From NCBI RefSeq assembly GCF_009914755.1, contig NC_060927.1: a DNA stretch of 64,000 nucleotides. The stretch is one strand, 5' to 3'. The notes below the pieces were generated by a model. It was not told the origin of the DNA, did no database searches, and saw only the letters and a list, made by a program, of their open reading frames with translations. The translations under genes were made by a program, and so were the position numbers. The first letter of the stretch is position 1. Each line of letters opens with the position of its first letter. Origin of the DNA: the human T2T-CHM13v2.0 reference genome, Homo sapiens. Positions 1 through 24,342 of the stretch are shown here, piece after piece.

Positions 1-8720
<8,720 letters not shown>

Positions 8721-9243
8721 ATTTTTTTTTAACTATTAAAAAGGTATACATTGTCCTTAGGGGAAAGGTGTGGTAGAATTTATAGAAGAAACAATAAATT
8801 TTGTCCCAAACCCATTATCCTTCCCATACCCACTCTGTAAGGCCACTGCTAACACAGTCTCTGAGCCTGACCTGACCCAGGCAGGGCCCCAAAAGTTCTG
8901 CAGTACTGGTCTTGCTTCCTCAAGAAAAACAAATCCTCTTTCTGCATTTCTTTGGAAATACTGAGCAAAAAGAGATGGCTGGGATTTCACAGAAATTACA
9001 TGTTAACTTTTAGATCACTGCTGAAACTAAAGAATGGGTCTAGAAACCAAAACGAAAGAACTGGATAGAACACTGGAAATCTCAATGAATGCTGGAAAGC
9101 CCTCTACATACTATTTCATTTTCTGCCTTGGTAATAGGGTAGCTAATAGAAGATAAAAACAGAGAAGATGAGAATGTCTTATGCAAATAACAACCTTTAG
9201 CATTCTTTACTCACACAGCAGTATTCCTTAGTGGGTACATACT

Positions 9244-10217
9244 CATGCATAGACAAGCTTTACCCAAAAGAACAAGTCCATACCATGCAGAACACAATCC
9301 CATGATGAAACCTCTCTAAAAGCCTGACTGGCTACTAAAACCAATTGGTGTTTTTTTTTAAATTCTGGAGTTAGTAGCTACATCATGCAAGCTGGGAAAC
9401 AGTGATTAAGAAATAGTGTCACTTGTAGGCTGTGAAAAATCTCAAAGACAAGGGAACATTTTTTGAAAGCTAGATTCAGGGAAGCCACGATTAAATGTAT
9501 ACTTTTTTGGGGAATTGGGGGTGGGGGGAAACGGGGCTACCATTTCTAAATCTTAAAGGAATCATCTTCTTAATCTCATTCCAATTACTTGACTGAATAG
9601 AGCCAAAAAAGAGTAAAATTATGAGGAACACAACATGGGCAAGTTTTATGGACTATGTTTGATGGACACAGACTATGCCCAAAACTCAAACCCACATGGA
9701 ACTGTGGGGCAATGGATATAAGCAACAAACTGGTCAAAAAATGTATCTGTATCATTGAGAGATCATTTCCCATTACTAGAAACACAAATAAATCGGTGCC
9801 TACCAATGCTGGTTTGAGGCCACCATTTCCTCATAAGGAGGTGGACTGATTTCATTTAACCTAAAAGCAGTTTGGATATTTAGTCCCACCAGCACAAGCT
9901 ACATATAAATTGAAAAAAATCTCATGCACATAGCTAGACATGAAATATTTTCTTTCCTCCTGTGAATCCTTATACCAAGTAATGATTAAAATTTAGCTGT
10001 AAACTTGATACATAGGAGGCACAATTTTAAAAAAATTAAGAAATGGATGATGATAGGTCTTTTGTTAGACAATTCATTGAAAATTCAACTTCCCCTAAAA
10101 TTCAACGTTCAGTGCTGGGTAAAAAAGGCATGCAACCAAGTTACCAGCCTCCTCAAGCAGGACACAAGGAACACATTGGCTGCAGAAAACACACCGTAGC
10201 AGTTATAGGTTTCATGC
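9244..10217 (-). promoter_or_regulatory. Intronic splicing-enhancer cluster: 5 x UGCAUG (RBFOX), 1 GCAUG and a QKI-type ACUAAC
   Basis: CATGCA on + at 9244, 9284, 9384, 9923, 10129; CATGC at 10213; GTTAGT at 9370; all downstream of the giant exon donor. Confidence 0.6.
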
Positions 10218-10340
10218 CAACAAACCAATGATTAACAAGGATGATTAGAGTCTGGATGGAGCCAAGACACAAGCTCTTTGCCTTTCTGATGCTGACTCAA
10301 AAGCCACAAGCACACACATTTCCCCATGGCAGGTTCATAC

Positions 10341-13300
10341 CAGCGGACTTCAGTTGCTTATGTCTCTCTTGTTCCTGGATTGTAGACTTTGGCAAAAGTG
10401 GAGTAAGTCCTCGGGACTTGGTGGGTCTCATGTAGCCTTTCATTGGTTCTGCCATTCTGCTTTTATCTTCCTTTTTCCCTTCTCCTGGTGTCTTTGATTC
10501 AGATTTTTCTGTCATTTTCTGAGGTGTCTCCAAAATCTTATCTTTGGGTTCTGGGAGTCGAACACCCTTGGAAGCAGTCATTATTACTAACGTATCCGCC
10601 ACCTCTGAAGGAGGAGCTTCGACTTTGCTATGTAAGAAATCTGACTGGATTTCTGGTGTTGGCAAGGAAACGCTTTCCAATTCCGTGATTTTACAAGCCA
10701 GACTAATTTCTTTCAATTTATCATTTTCACTTTTTGGAGACAAAAGAGTCAGATCTACCTTCTTATTCAAACTATCTGAACCTTTGGAATTTCTATCTTG
10801 AGCATTTTGGTCCTCACAAAAACTGAGCTTTTGTGCTTTGTCTTCCAGTAAGTCAGGAATCTGAACTGCAACAGACCCTTCTTTAGTCTCTTTCTCTTCA
10901 TTCACTGGATGTGCTGGGAAATTACCTCTATCTGCATATCCTTCTAGGGCTCTGGCCTCTCCTGGTAGGCTCTGGTCTTCTACTGGCACTCCAGGAAGGA
11001 GGTGACCTTTTGCTAGCTCTGTGACTTTCTCTACTGAATGCTTAGACGCACCACTGTGCACTGACTCAGATTCTCCTATCACATGCCCTTCATCGATCCC
11101 TGCTTCATTTTTCATGGAATCAGCAAGCTCAGCTTTATTCTTAAGAGAGTGATCTCCATGAATGTTAACTGTTTCTATGGCTGTTGTAATAGGTAGAGCA
11201 ACTCCTCCTGTGCTTGTAGAGGGCACAACAGCAGAGGGACCCTTGGGTCTTTCTTGACCTGGGACTCCATCTTTGGTGTAGTTATCTACCATTAATGATT
11301 TGGAAATCTGGGCTGGGGCTATCTCTTGCCCATTTTTTGCCAAGGTATCTGGAAAGGAATCACCTTCCTTTACTACTTGAGGAGTAGGAGTGGGCAGTTT
11401 TTCACAGGCTGCTGATTCCAGAACCTCTAGAGGAGATGATTTATTTATCAGCTCTGATGGTGTTCTGGGACAGGTAAATGTAATATTTCTATTTTCGTCC
11501 ATATAGGCCATTCCTTCAATTCCCTGGTCCCCTGTGGTTTCCATGGGAACATGTATTTTTGTTGCATCTATCTTATTCTCCAGAATGTGCTTCTCAGGAG
11601 AACTATTTTTAACCTTTTTACTTTTTCCATCATTACTCCTTTTACTTGGTTTGTCAGCCACTGCAGTGTATCTATTGGCTGCATCTGTCTTATTCTCCTC
11701 AGATACTACTGAAGGAACAAATCCTGCCCCCTGGATTTGCTCTTGGCAGCTCACATCTGTCACCTTGGCAGGTGGTTCAGTAACAGTAGAAGCCTTGACT
11801 GTGCTTATCTTGTTTTCCCCAAGAGTCCCAAGCTCAACAAAATTAACCTGAAAATTTCCACCCTTCCTGTCAACTGCTTCCACTGTGGGTGTATCTGGTG
11901 TATGTGAGAACGAAGAATCATGCATTTTGGGGAAAGTAAATCCTATTTCCTTGCTTTTATGGGGAATACTACCAGTATCTCCATCCTTCCCTTCAAAAGG
12001 TGGGTTAAGGATTTCTTCCTTCCTCTCCATTCTAGCAGGCTGTGTGGAATAATTATTTTTAAACTTTTTGCTTTTGCCTTCATTGCCTCTCTTTTTAGGC
12101 TTTTCAGAAATCCAGGGAGCTGCCTCATGATCCTTCCATGGACACCTTCCTTCCTTGCTCTGGTTATTGACACCCATATCTTTGACTACATCTCCTGTTT
12201 CTGTGCTAACACCAGAAGTCTGAGTCATGCCTGATCCACTTTCCAAAGGAATCAATGCCTGCATGGTGCCTGCCACCTTAGGCTGAGTCATCTCTTTAGG
12301 CTCCCCCATCACCACTGCCTCCGTGAGATCAGCCTTAGTGCCTGGTTGCTTTGAAGAATTCAGCCCCAGCTCCTCACTCTTATCCTGAGTAGTCATTCCT
12401 TCAGTTTTAGAGACTGGCTCACTCGGTATGAGAACAGCCCTTCCGTCCTTCTGGCTGTCCAGAAGAAATGGCAGCTCAGATTTTGCTTTTACCTTCCCAG
12501 AATCTGTTCTCATTTTCCCAGAACTTCCCCTTCCCTTCCTGCTTTTGCCATCACCTGCCATTCTCTTAAATGGTTCATTCTCTACCCCAGGGACCTGTAC
12601 CAACACTTGGCCCTGCAGCTGCTCAGAAGTAAAGATGCTGATCTCTTGTCTTTCGTTGGGAAAAGCTTCCTTTTTTAGTTCTTTATCCTCTTCAGCTCCT
12701 TCAGGAAACTCCTTCAGTTTGACATTCTGCAGTTTAGTCATTTTACTTTCATTATTCCCTTCTTTTAGATTACATTCTAATGGATTACTTGCTATCAAAG
12801 TGGGTACCAAATTTGGTATTTCTTTTGCTGCTGTGGGTTTTGAAACTACACCCATAACCTCTTGGTCCAAGAAAGGAGAGCAACCCTCTTTAAGTCTGAT
12901 ATCCAAAGGGGTTTCTACATTGTATGCAGAAACTTCTGCTAGGGGTCCTTTCAGATTGAGAGGGCCTACTGACTGGCTTTTATCTACAGGAGTCTTCAGG
13001 TGGGGTGCAGGCTGTGGTTTGTATTCATGTTGCTTCAGCAATTTCTTGTCTTGGTTTTGTAGTACTGACTTGTTACTTTTGCTCTCTTCCTCTACTCTCA
13101 GCTTAGACTGAGAACTTATTGCAGTTTTGGGGGCTTCTTCAGAAGGATATAAAGGAATTCTGAGACTCTCTGAGACAAAGTTCTCAGCTACCAGTCTGGC
13201 TGCACTGGAGTTAACTACACATTCCCTTTTCAAGTTTTCTCCAGATACAAGTCCATATTCTGTACCCATAGTGGTAGGCTGGCTGGGGAGAACACCTGAT

Positions 13301-13724
13301 TTTTGTGTGTCAGCTGCAAATGGATGACCTTTAGGCTTATCTGCATTGTCATCATCCGAAGGTCCTCCAGCCCGTGGTTGAGAATATCTCTTTTGCTTTG
13401 GTTTCTTCTTCTTTTTCTTCATCATTATTGGTGTGCTTTCTATATCCCAGGCCTCCCTGCCAAGATCCCTCTGGGGTTCAAGTGAGTCAACATGAATACT
13501 TTTTCTTTGGTTCCCAGGCCCACCACAGGAGGATGAACCAGAGACACAACCTGACTCAGACAAAGAGCAGTGGCCCAGCCTGTGATCAAGAGTCTTCCAT
13601 GGAGGAGAGCCTCCCAGCAGCTCAGGAGGGACCCTGGCAGGCTTGGGCCGGGTTGACCTGCGGTCACTGGGTCTGCAAACTTGTTTGGCTTGTGTGGGAG
13701 GGGTACCGCAATACATGAAGTTGG
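10341..13724 (-). CDS. MAP4: MAP4 giant alternative internal exon, 3384 nt (1128 codons); long, muscle-type projection-domain insert
   Basis: 1147-aa ORF 10297..13740; acceptor ttttag|CCAAC and donor CGCTG|gtatga; phase 1-1 and divisible by 3; free of transposons; E/K/S/P-rich disordered composition. Confidence 0.9.
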
Positions 13725-15253
13725 CTAAAATTCCAAACAAAAAACTCCTCGTTATTGTTTCTTAAAAACAACAAAAAACAAACAAACAAACAAAAAAACC
13801 AGACCATATAAATGACTAATTTAAGGAGGCTATTTTCACTAATACATATAGTACTTACTGTAATTTGCTCAGGAAAACAGTCTTTTCTAAAACATTTCTC
13901 ACTTTTAACTGGCGCTAGCAAAAATATTTAACAGATCATCATCTCAGGTAAAGATTGTTTTCAAACATTTATAAAATATTTGAAATTTCAGAAGTAGCAG
14001 GATTGAACTTTTAAAAATGAAACATTTCACATCTTTTAACCTCTAAAAATAAGCACTTACTGCCTGTAAATCTCATCTGATTTATATTGGTCATTCTTAG
14101 TGCTTGCCTCTTTTTGGTGAAATTTATTAATTGCTTCAGTTAAATATACATGATTTTGGACAAAATTTATAATTCTAAGACTAGGTCACCAATATTAAAC
14201 TAATACTTGTCAAACAAACCAGACAGATTCTGGGAACTAGATCAGAAGGCCAGACTTAAGTCACTTCACGCACACACACAAAATATACTGAATCCACATT
14301 TTGGTCAGAGAAAAATTCTCATGATTCCAGAACCAGAGCATCCTACTTTGAAAGACAAATATGTTAAATTTCAACATTCTGCTCCTAAATGTACTTCCCA
14401 AAAGACAGAGAAATATATATAATGTTAAGTAGGATAATTAATTTTAACAATTAAGATGAGTACCTTTGGAAGAGTTTCAGCAGGTGATCTGGTCTAACCT
14501 TCCTCCCAGTTAATATAATATGGATCCAAGATCCTGGCAAGAGTCTCATTAAGAGCAGGTATATGCCAGCTCCTGTCAAGTCTGACCCAATAAATTGATT
14601 TCCAAGAATATTATAATATGTAAATAGTGGATTTCATTCTTGTCCTTACCCCTCCAATATCCTCTAAATCCTAGCCTTTGTTTAATATCTCAGGTTAATT
14701 ATTGCATCGCTCAAAAAATTGCTAGGCTATAGTATCCCCCAGTATTTATAACATTTAATTCAGCAATTAATCAGCAGCTATTCAGTGCCATCTTTTATAC
14801 TATTTTATTCAATTATTATGTAAATCTTGGGTTTCAGAGTTCATGCCTGAGAACTTATCTCTTCATTCAGGTTATAATATAATAATTCAGGGGGCAAGGA
14901 CGGGGACTTAAATATCTATATGCCTTAACATGGTGTATTTTGTATACCATAAGCACTTGATAAATCTTTACTGATTTGTTGAGTCAGTAAAACAACATTT
15001 AAAAAAAAAATCACACATTTATTTAAGCTCTAGTCTTGTGCTAGGTAGTGTGCAAAGCATTAGAGATTCTAAGTGAAATAAGTCATGGGCCCTTATGTCC
15101 CATATGTCAGGATGTCCACATTCCAATCATAGTCACAGAAAAGTAAACAGAAAATCAAGTTGATAATCATATACATATGCTTCTGGGTTATTAAAAACAG
15201 GTAATCTTCAAATTCACTGAATAATCAAACTTTAAATTGGAAAGTATCTTAGA

Positions 15254-15415
15254 GCAGTACCTCTCAAAGTTTAATGAAAATTAGAATTATCTGGGGATCT
15301 AATTAAAATGCAGATAATAATTACAAAGGCCTAAGGTAGAGCCCAAGATTCTGCATTTCTACCAGCCTCTCAGGTAATGTAGATGCTGTTGGGCCATGGA
15401 ACACTGTAACTAGTA
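15254..15415. mobile_element. MER5-type DNA transposon
   Basis: cagtacctctcaaagt...ttaaaatgcagat...ctgcatttctaccagc. Confidence 0.6.
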
Positions 15416-15578
15416 AGACTTTAGAGAACATTTGACCAATTAATTTATATTATAGCTAAGTAAACTGAGATATAGGCAAGTTATGTAACTTGCTTAAGAC
15501 CACACAGGATAGAATAGTGAATAGCTGAACCAGATCAAAATTTGGGTGTCCTTTCTTCACTATGAAAACAGTGGAGAA

Positions 15579-15939
<361 letters not shown>

Positions 15940-16119
15940 TTAAAGATATAACAAGCTGACATTCTGTCTAAACCAGATAAAATCTGTCTAAGAGAATTGA
16001 CTTCATAAACTATACTGCTGATTACCACCATACAACAGGGAACTAGAGACAATGTCTACCATCACTACTCTATCGCCCCTAATTTGTTTCAAAGAGTTCA
16101 TTTTGTTTTCCTAACTTAC

Positions 16120-16242
16120 CTGAGGTCTCTGAAGAAAGCTCAGAAGGTTGACTGTTGCATGGTTTCCTTTCCCCTAGTTTTTCTAACACAGAATCCTCCT
16201 CGGCCGGCAAGCTGCACTTTTTCCCCGTTCCTGTGATGGTTT
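16120..16242 (-). CDS. MAP4: MAP4 coding exon, 123 nt (ETITGTGKKCSLPAEEDSVLEKLGERKPCNSQPSELSSETS)
   Basis: Inside ORF 16079..16267; ctttag|AAACC...CTCAG|gtaagt. Confidence 0.95.
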
Positions 16243-16388
16243 CTAAAGGTAATAACAAAAGCCACACACGTTTCAGAGAAGCATGATTTCAGCTATTTTC
16301 CATCTGCCAGAAATTGGACATGGGATTAGTTTCTGAGGAGTTCTCCTACAAGGGGCAGCAAAGGAGTGAAGTGGTAGTTGGAAGCTGA

Positions 16389-16718
<330 letters not shown>

Positions 16719-17253
16719 AATGTTTCGTTTTTTAAGATGGGAAAAATAACAAACGTTTGTTAAATGGGTGGGAATGATCCAATGAAAAAAGATTTAAATT
16801 GGTATGAGGGGCAAAAAAGGGAAGAATACATGGGGCAATATATCGAGTAGGAAAGAGGAGATGGAATCTAGGGCAAAATGAGGAGAGGTTGGTCTTAATT
16901 AGGAGCAGGAACAGTTTACTTATAAAAACGGGAACTTTCATAAGCAGAGACCATGGATACAGATACAAGTAGTTGGGTAGATAATGGAATAGAAGTTTGT
17001 CGATGTTCTATTTTATTGCTTGACTTATCTGCAAGAAAAACAGGACAATCAGCAGAGAATGAACATAGAAAAGGTGTTGGAGGTGGGAGGAGGGTAAAGG
17101 CGGGAAAGAGTTGTCTAGGAGAGCAGGAGTATGAATAAACTTGCAAAGTACAGTGTGACTGTCTGTACTTTACCTGGCATGATGTTTGTCCTTAGTCTTC
17201 TCGAGACTACAACCTGGTAGAGAGAAATACTGAGAATAAGCACAAGCACGTAC

Positions 17254-18477
17254 CTGGTGAAATCATGAAAGTAGGTGCAGCTGACTGCCCCACATCCTGC
17301 AGAGATTCTAAATGGGAATCCTCACTTATTCCTTTTTGTGTTTGTGCAATTTCCATGTCTTTAATTGGAACTGGTGTTGCCTCTGTTTCTGAGAGTGGTG
17401 GAACATCTTTGGCTGGAGTCACATTGTTGGCCAGGGTCAGAACCCCATCCTTAGCCAGGGGTGCTTCTGTTTTGAGGGCTGGGACCTGATCCTCAGTCAG
17501 GGCCACCTCCATTTCTGGAGGCAGACATACGTTCTTGATGAGAACTACTTCTGTTTCTGGAGGTGGAGTCACATCCTTGCCCAGAGCCATTTCTGTTTCT
17601 GATAGTGGAGACATGTCCTTCAACAAGCCCACTTCTTTTACTGTGGACGGAGCCACATCCTTGGCCGGGGCTATTTCTGTTTCTGGGAGTTGAGCCATGT
17701 CCTTGACTGGGGCCACCTCTGCTTCTAAAGGTAGTGCTTTATCCTTGGTCAAGATCACGTTGGTTTCCGGGGGCAGTGTCATGTCCCTGGCCAGGGCTAC
17801 CTCTGTTTCTGAGGACAAAGCCACCTTCTCAGCAGAGGATATTTCTGTGTATGATATAATGTCATTAGCCTGTGCCACCTCTATTTCTGAGAGTAATACC
17901 AAATCCTTGGCTGGGACTATCTTGTTTTCTTTGGGTGGTCCCATGTCCTTGGAAGGAGCCAAGTCCATTTTTATAGGAGATGCCCTCTCTGTTTCTTTCT
18001 TGTTTTCTTTGGGTGGTCCCATGTCCTTGGAAGGGGCTAAGTCCATTTTTATAGGAGATGCCCTCTCTGTTTCTTTCAACAGTGTCACATCCTTGGCTGG
18101 GGCTACCTCTGTTTCTGTGGGCAGTACCACATTCTTGGCTGAAGATACATCTGTTTCTGTGGGCCATCTGACATCCTTAACCAGGGCCACTTCTTTTTCT
18201 GTGGGTAGTTCCATGTCCTTGACTAGGGCCATATCTGATTCCATGGATGGCTGCATGTCCTTGGCCAGTGTCACATCTAATTTGGTGGGTGATTCCATAT
18301 CTTTAGCCAATGCCACCTCGGTTTTTGTAGCTAGTGCCATGTCCTTGGCGAGGGCCATCTCTGTTTCTTTAGATGGTGCCATGTCAGTAGTCTTCAGTCC
18401 CATCATTATTTCCAATGCTTGTGCTGGTGGCCTCTCTTCTGATGCCATTTCTATCTCCTTGGCTAGCTCTAAGGGAA
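17254..18477 (-). CDS. MAP4: MAP4 coding exon, 1224 nt, projection domain with ~14-aa KDM repeats
   Basis: ORF 17207..18448 ([37 protein letters not shown]...); tttag|TTCCC and CACCAG|gtacgt boundaries. Confidence 0.97.
17921..18076 (-). repeat. 78-nt coding tandem duplication ([26 protein letters not shown] x2)
   Basis: Copies 17921-17998 and 17999-18076 are 76/78 identical. Confidence 0.95.
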
Positions 18478-18671
18478 CTAAATTGGAAATTTAGGACACA
18501 TCATTGTCTACTCATACCTTTGCATTAAAAATGCTTACTTTCTTCAGGCATGAGAGTATTTGGCTTTTATGACCATAAGACTGTACACATAACTAAGAAT
18601 TAATGTTAGGCCGGGCACAGTGGCTCACGCCTGTAATCCCAGAACTTTGGGAGGCCGAGGCGGATGGATCA

Positions 18672-18956
<285 letters not shown>

Positions 18957-19294
18957 TCAACACTTGGAAGAATAAGATGTAAAATACTGGGAGGACAAGT
19001 AGTGGAGGAGAAATGGCAAAGAAGAGAGAAAACATAGGCTTCAAAAATAACACGGGCACAGAATTAGTATTAGAAAGATAATCTGTGGGACAGCAGGTCA
19101 GTCATGCTTCCTATCAAGAAAAACTCCAGAGTTCTAAATCTGTACTGAATTTTTGTTTTTGTTTTTTGAGACACGGTCTCACGCTGTTGCCCAAGCTGGA
19201 GTGCAGTAGCATGATCTCGGCTCCCGGGTTCAAGCAATTCTCCTGTCTCAGCCTCCCTAGTAGCTGGGATTATAGGTACACGCCACCACGCTGA

Positions 19295-19722
<428 letters not shown>

Positions 19723-20020
19723 TAAATCTGTACTGAATTAAAAAAAAAAATTCTGATACCTAATACAATGAAAATGTGATGAAAAAAATATATATATGTT
19801 AAAAAATTTAAAAAAAGTATTTATGTGCCCGTTAACCCTAAGTGTTATAGTTCAACAATTTAATTCCTCCAGTGGTGATATCACTAATATAAGCAAAACA
19901 TTTGTGATTGTTCTGAAATTTTTATACCTGCTGTAAGCTGCTAAAAAATACACCTGATGATTTATATTGATTACCAATACTGCAACCATTAACTGATAAA
20001 GGGAGTCTCTAATAGTTTAC

Positions 20021-20143
20021 CTGCCGTTGGCTGAGGAGGTTCTGCAACAGCCTCTGGGGAAACAAAGGACTCTGAGTGTGGAGAGTTTAAGGCTTCCACA
20101 GACCACCCCTGAGGTACAACAGCTGTGTTGCAGGGAGACATAC
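20021..20143 (-). CDS. MAP4: MAP4 coding exon, 123 nt ([41 protein letters not shown])
   Basis: Inside ORF 19989..20309; attag|GTATG...GGCAG|gtaaac. Confidence 0.95.
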
Positions 20144-20288
20144 CTAATATTGAAACACAAACAAATACATTTTGAAACTTAGTAAACATTGGAAACAAAA
20201 GGTATTTGATATATTTTTGTTTTGTTTTGTTTTGTTTGTTTTTTTTTTGAGACAGAGTTTCGCTCTGTTGCCCACGCAGACAGAGTGA

Positions 20289-20438
<150 letters not shown>

Positions 20439-20553
20439 TAGCCCGGATAGTCTCGATCTCCTGACCTCTTGATCCAACCGCCTCGGCCTCCCAAAGTGCT
20501 GGGATTACAGGCGTGAACCACCGCGCCCGGCCTAAGAGGTATTTGATATTTAA

Positions 20554-20790
<237 letters not shown>

Positions 20791-21252
20791 TAATAGAGAT
20801 GGGGTGTCACTATGTTGGCCAGATTGGTCTCGAACTCCTGACCTCATGATCCACCCGCCTTGGCCTCCCAACGTGCTGGGATTACAGGTGTGAGACACCG
20901 CGCCCGGCCGACAACGCAAACAAGTTTTAAAGGAAACACTGCTGACATTCTTCAGGTTTTAGCTAGTTGTTAGTAGGTGGTATAGTATATCCCAGTAGTG
21001 CCATTAATCAACATTCACTGGCTACTTTCTATATAATATATAAAGGGTAATATAAAGATTCAAAATATTAATGATTGAACTCTAGTTCCAACACCACAAC
21101 CAACATAATATACTATAGTAAAAAACTGCGAGTCTTAATTTCTTCATCTGCAAAATGAGATTAACACCTCCCTTTCCAACATTAGAAGACAATTTTATTA
21201 AAATACTTTGTAGCAGTTTTGTTGTTGTTGTTGTTGTTGTTTGCCCAGCTAA

Positions 21253-21393
<141 letters not shown>

Positions 21394-21726
21394 TGAGTAG
21401 CTGGGATTATAGGTGTCTGCCACCACTCCCAGCTAATTTTTGTATTTTTAGTCGAGACAGTGTTTCACCATGTTGGCCAGGCTGGTCTCGAACTCCTGAC
21501 CTCAGGTGATCTGCCCACCTCCGTCTCCCAAAGTGCTGGGATTACAGGCATGAGCCACCACACTCGGCCTAATTTTTCTATTTTTAGTAGAGATGGGGTT
21601 TCACCATGTTGGCCAGGCTGGTCTCAAACTCCTGACCTCAGGTGATCTGCCCGCCTCTGCCTCCCAAAGTGCTGGGATTACAGGCATGAGCCATTAGGCC
21701 CAGCCTAATTTTTGTATTTTTAGTAG

Positions 21727-21981
<255 letters not shown>

Positions 21982-22124
21982 TGAGACTACAGGCATGTGC
22001 CACCACGCCTGGATGAATTTTAAAATTTTTTGTAGGACAGGATCTCCCTATGTTGCCCAGATTGGTTTCAAATTGCTGGGCTCAAGCAATCCTGTCACCT
22101 CAGCTTCCCAAAGTGCTAGGGTTA

Positions 22125-22298
<174 letters not shown>

Positions 22299-22612
22299 TT
22301 AGCCAGGCATAGTGGTACACACCTGTAATCCCAGCTGCTCAGGAGATTGAGGTGGGAGGATCACCTGACCAGGAGGCCAAGGCTGCAGTGGGCCGTGATC
22401 GCATCACTGCACTCCAACCTGGGTGACAGAGTGAGACCCTGTCTCAAAAAAAAGGGGAGATGACAGCCCAACTGTGAATCTGTGAATTGTCTCCTTTGAT
22501 TAATCCAAAGAGAGCCTTGTCACACCCACAGCCCCTAAATCTGACTTTTCTTAGTGGTTAGCTTCAAAGGTGATGTGTGAAAGGCCATGTTGATTGTTTG
22601 GCATTAAACAAC

Positions 22613-23035
22613 TAAAGGACACCAGAATATGCCACCCCAAAATACGCTACTTTGGCATAAGGACTTTTTTAAGCTGAAGGCTATTATTAGCCTGGAGATG
22701 GCACCATAGGAATCTACACAGCAACCTTTACTAACTAGCTTTTACCTACCATTTACCTGTCTCCCACAATTTGCGGCCCCTAGAGACTCAAAAGTCTTTT
22801 CCTTCATCTTCTCACCTCTCAAAAAAAAAATTTGTCATTCTTTATTGAAGAAGCTATATAAGGTGGAATTCTAAAGCCACCTCTTGCGGAGTTACTCATT
22901 CCCTAGGTACCTCTCATGTACATATTAAATTCACATTTTAAACTTTGGTCTCTTTTTTCTTGTTAATCTTTTGTCACAGAGCCCTAGTCAGTGAACCAAA
23001 GATGAGTAAAGAAAAAATTTTTTTCCTTCCCTACA
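22613..23035 (+). mobile_element. MER34-like solo LTR
   Basis: cagaatatgccaccccaaaatacg start and ttccctaca end. Confidence 0.65.
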
Positions 23036-23062
23036 GAATAAATCCATTTGAAGAAGCCATAC

Positions 23063-23428
<366 letters not shown>

Positions 23429-24030
23429 TAGAGACAAGGTTTCTCCACGTTGGCCAGGCTAGTCTCAAACTCCTGATCTCAAGTGATCTGCCCACCTCGG
23501 CCTCCCAAAGTATTAGGATTACAGGCGTGAGCCACCATGCCTGGCCAATATTTCTTATTATCCTATGATGAATATAGATGAGTTGTCAATAGTAAGTAAA
23601 CCGAAATCATATGTGACTGCACATGGTAGAGAATCAATATTCACTAATTCATTTGTTATGAGTTAATAATAAATAATCCCTTCTCTAAGATTTGGTTATG
23701 TACATCAGATAGCCAACAAATGCATAAAACAAAAAGGGCAACTAATGCTCAGCTGTATAACAAACACTCTGAGAGGTGAAAGTATAAACTAAATTTTCAA
23801 TATATATTTATATAACATTCATTTTAAGTTACTTTTTAAAAAGACAGAGCCATTAACAAGCTTAAAAAAAAAACCAACAAGTAATTTTTCACCTCATGTG
23901 GACATGATGAAGAAAACTGCATTTCAAAACTGTCTGAATGGGACAAGATAAACAATTGTTATCCTAACAGAAGAAATAAACTCTTGACTCAGGAGCTGGC
24001 ATGAATAAAAGCACTCAAAACATCAGGTAA

Positions 24031-24141
<111 letters not shown>

Positions 24142-24204
24142 TGAGACCATCCTGGCTAATAGAGTGAAACCCCGTCTCTACTAAAAATATAAAAAAATTA
24201 GTCA

Positions 24205-24342
<138 letters not shown>

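Noticed and set aside
12428-13111. 227-aa + strand ORF and other + ORFs in 10443-13718
   Set aside because: Antisense shadows of the giant exon; S/L/F-rich as expected from reverse-complemented E/K codons
13859-13914. ag...gtaagt-bounded 56-nt segment upstream of the giant exon
   Set aside because: Weak acceptor and donor context and frame-shifting length; no other support
17697-18494. 265-aa + strand ORF
   Set aside because: Antisense shadow of the repetitive MAP4 KDM exon
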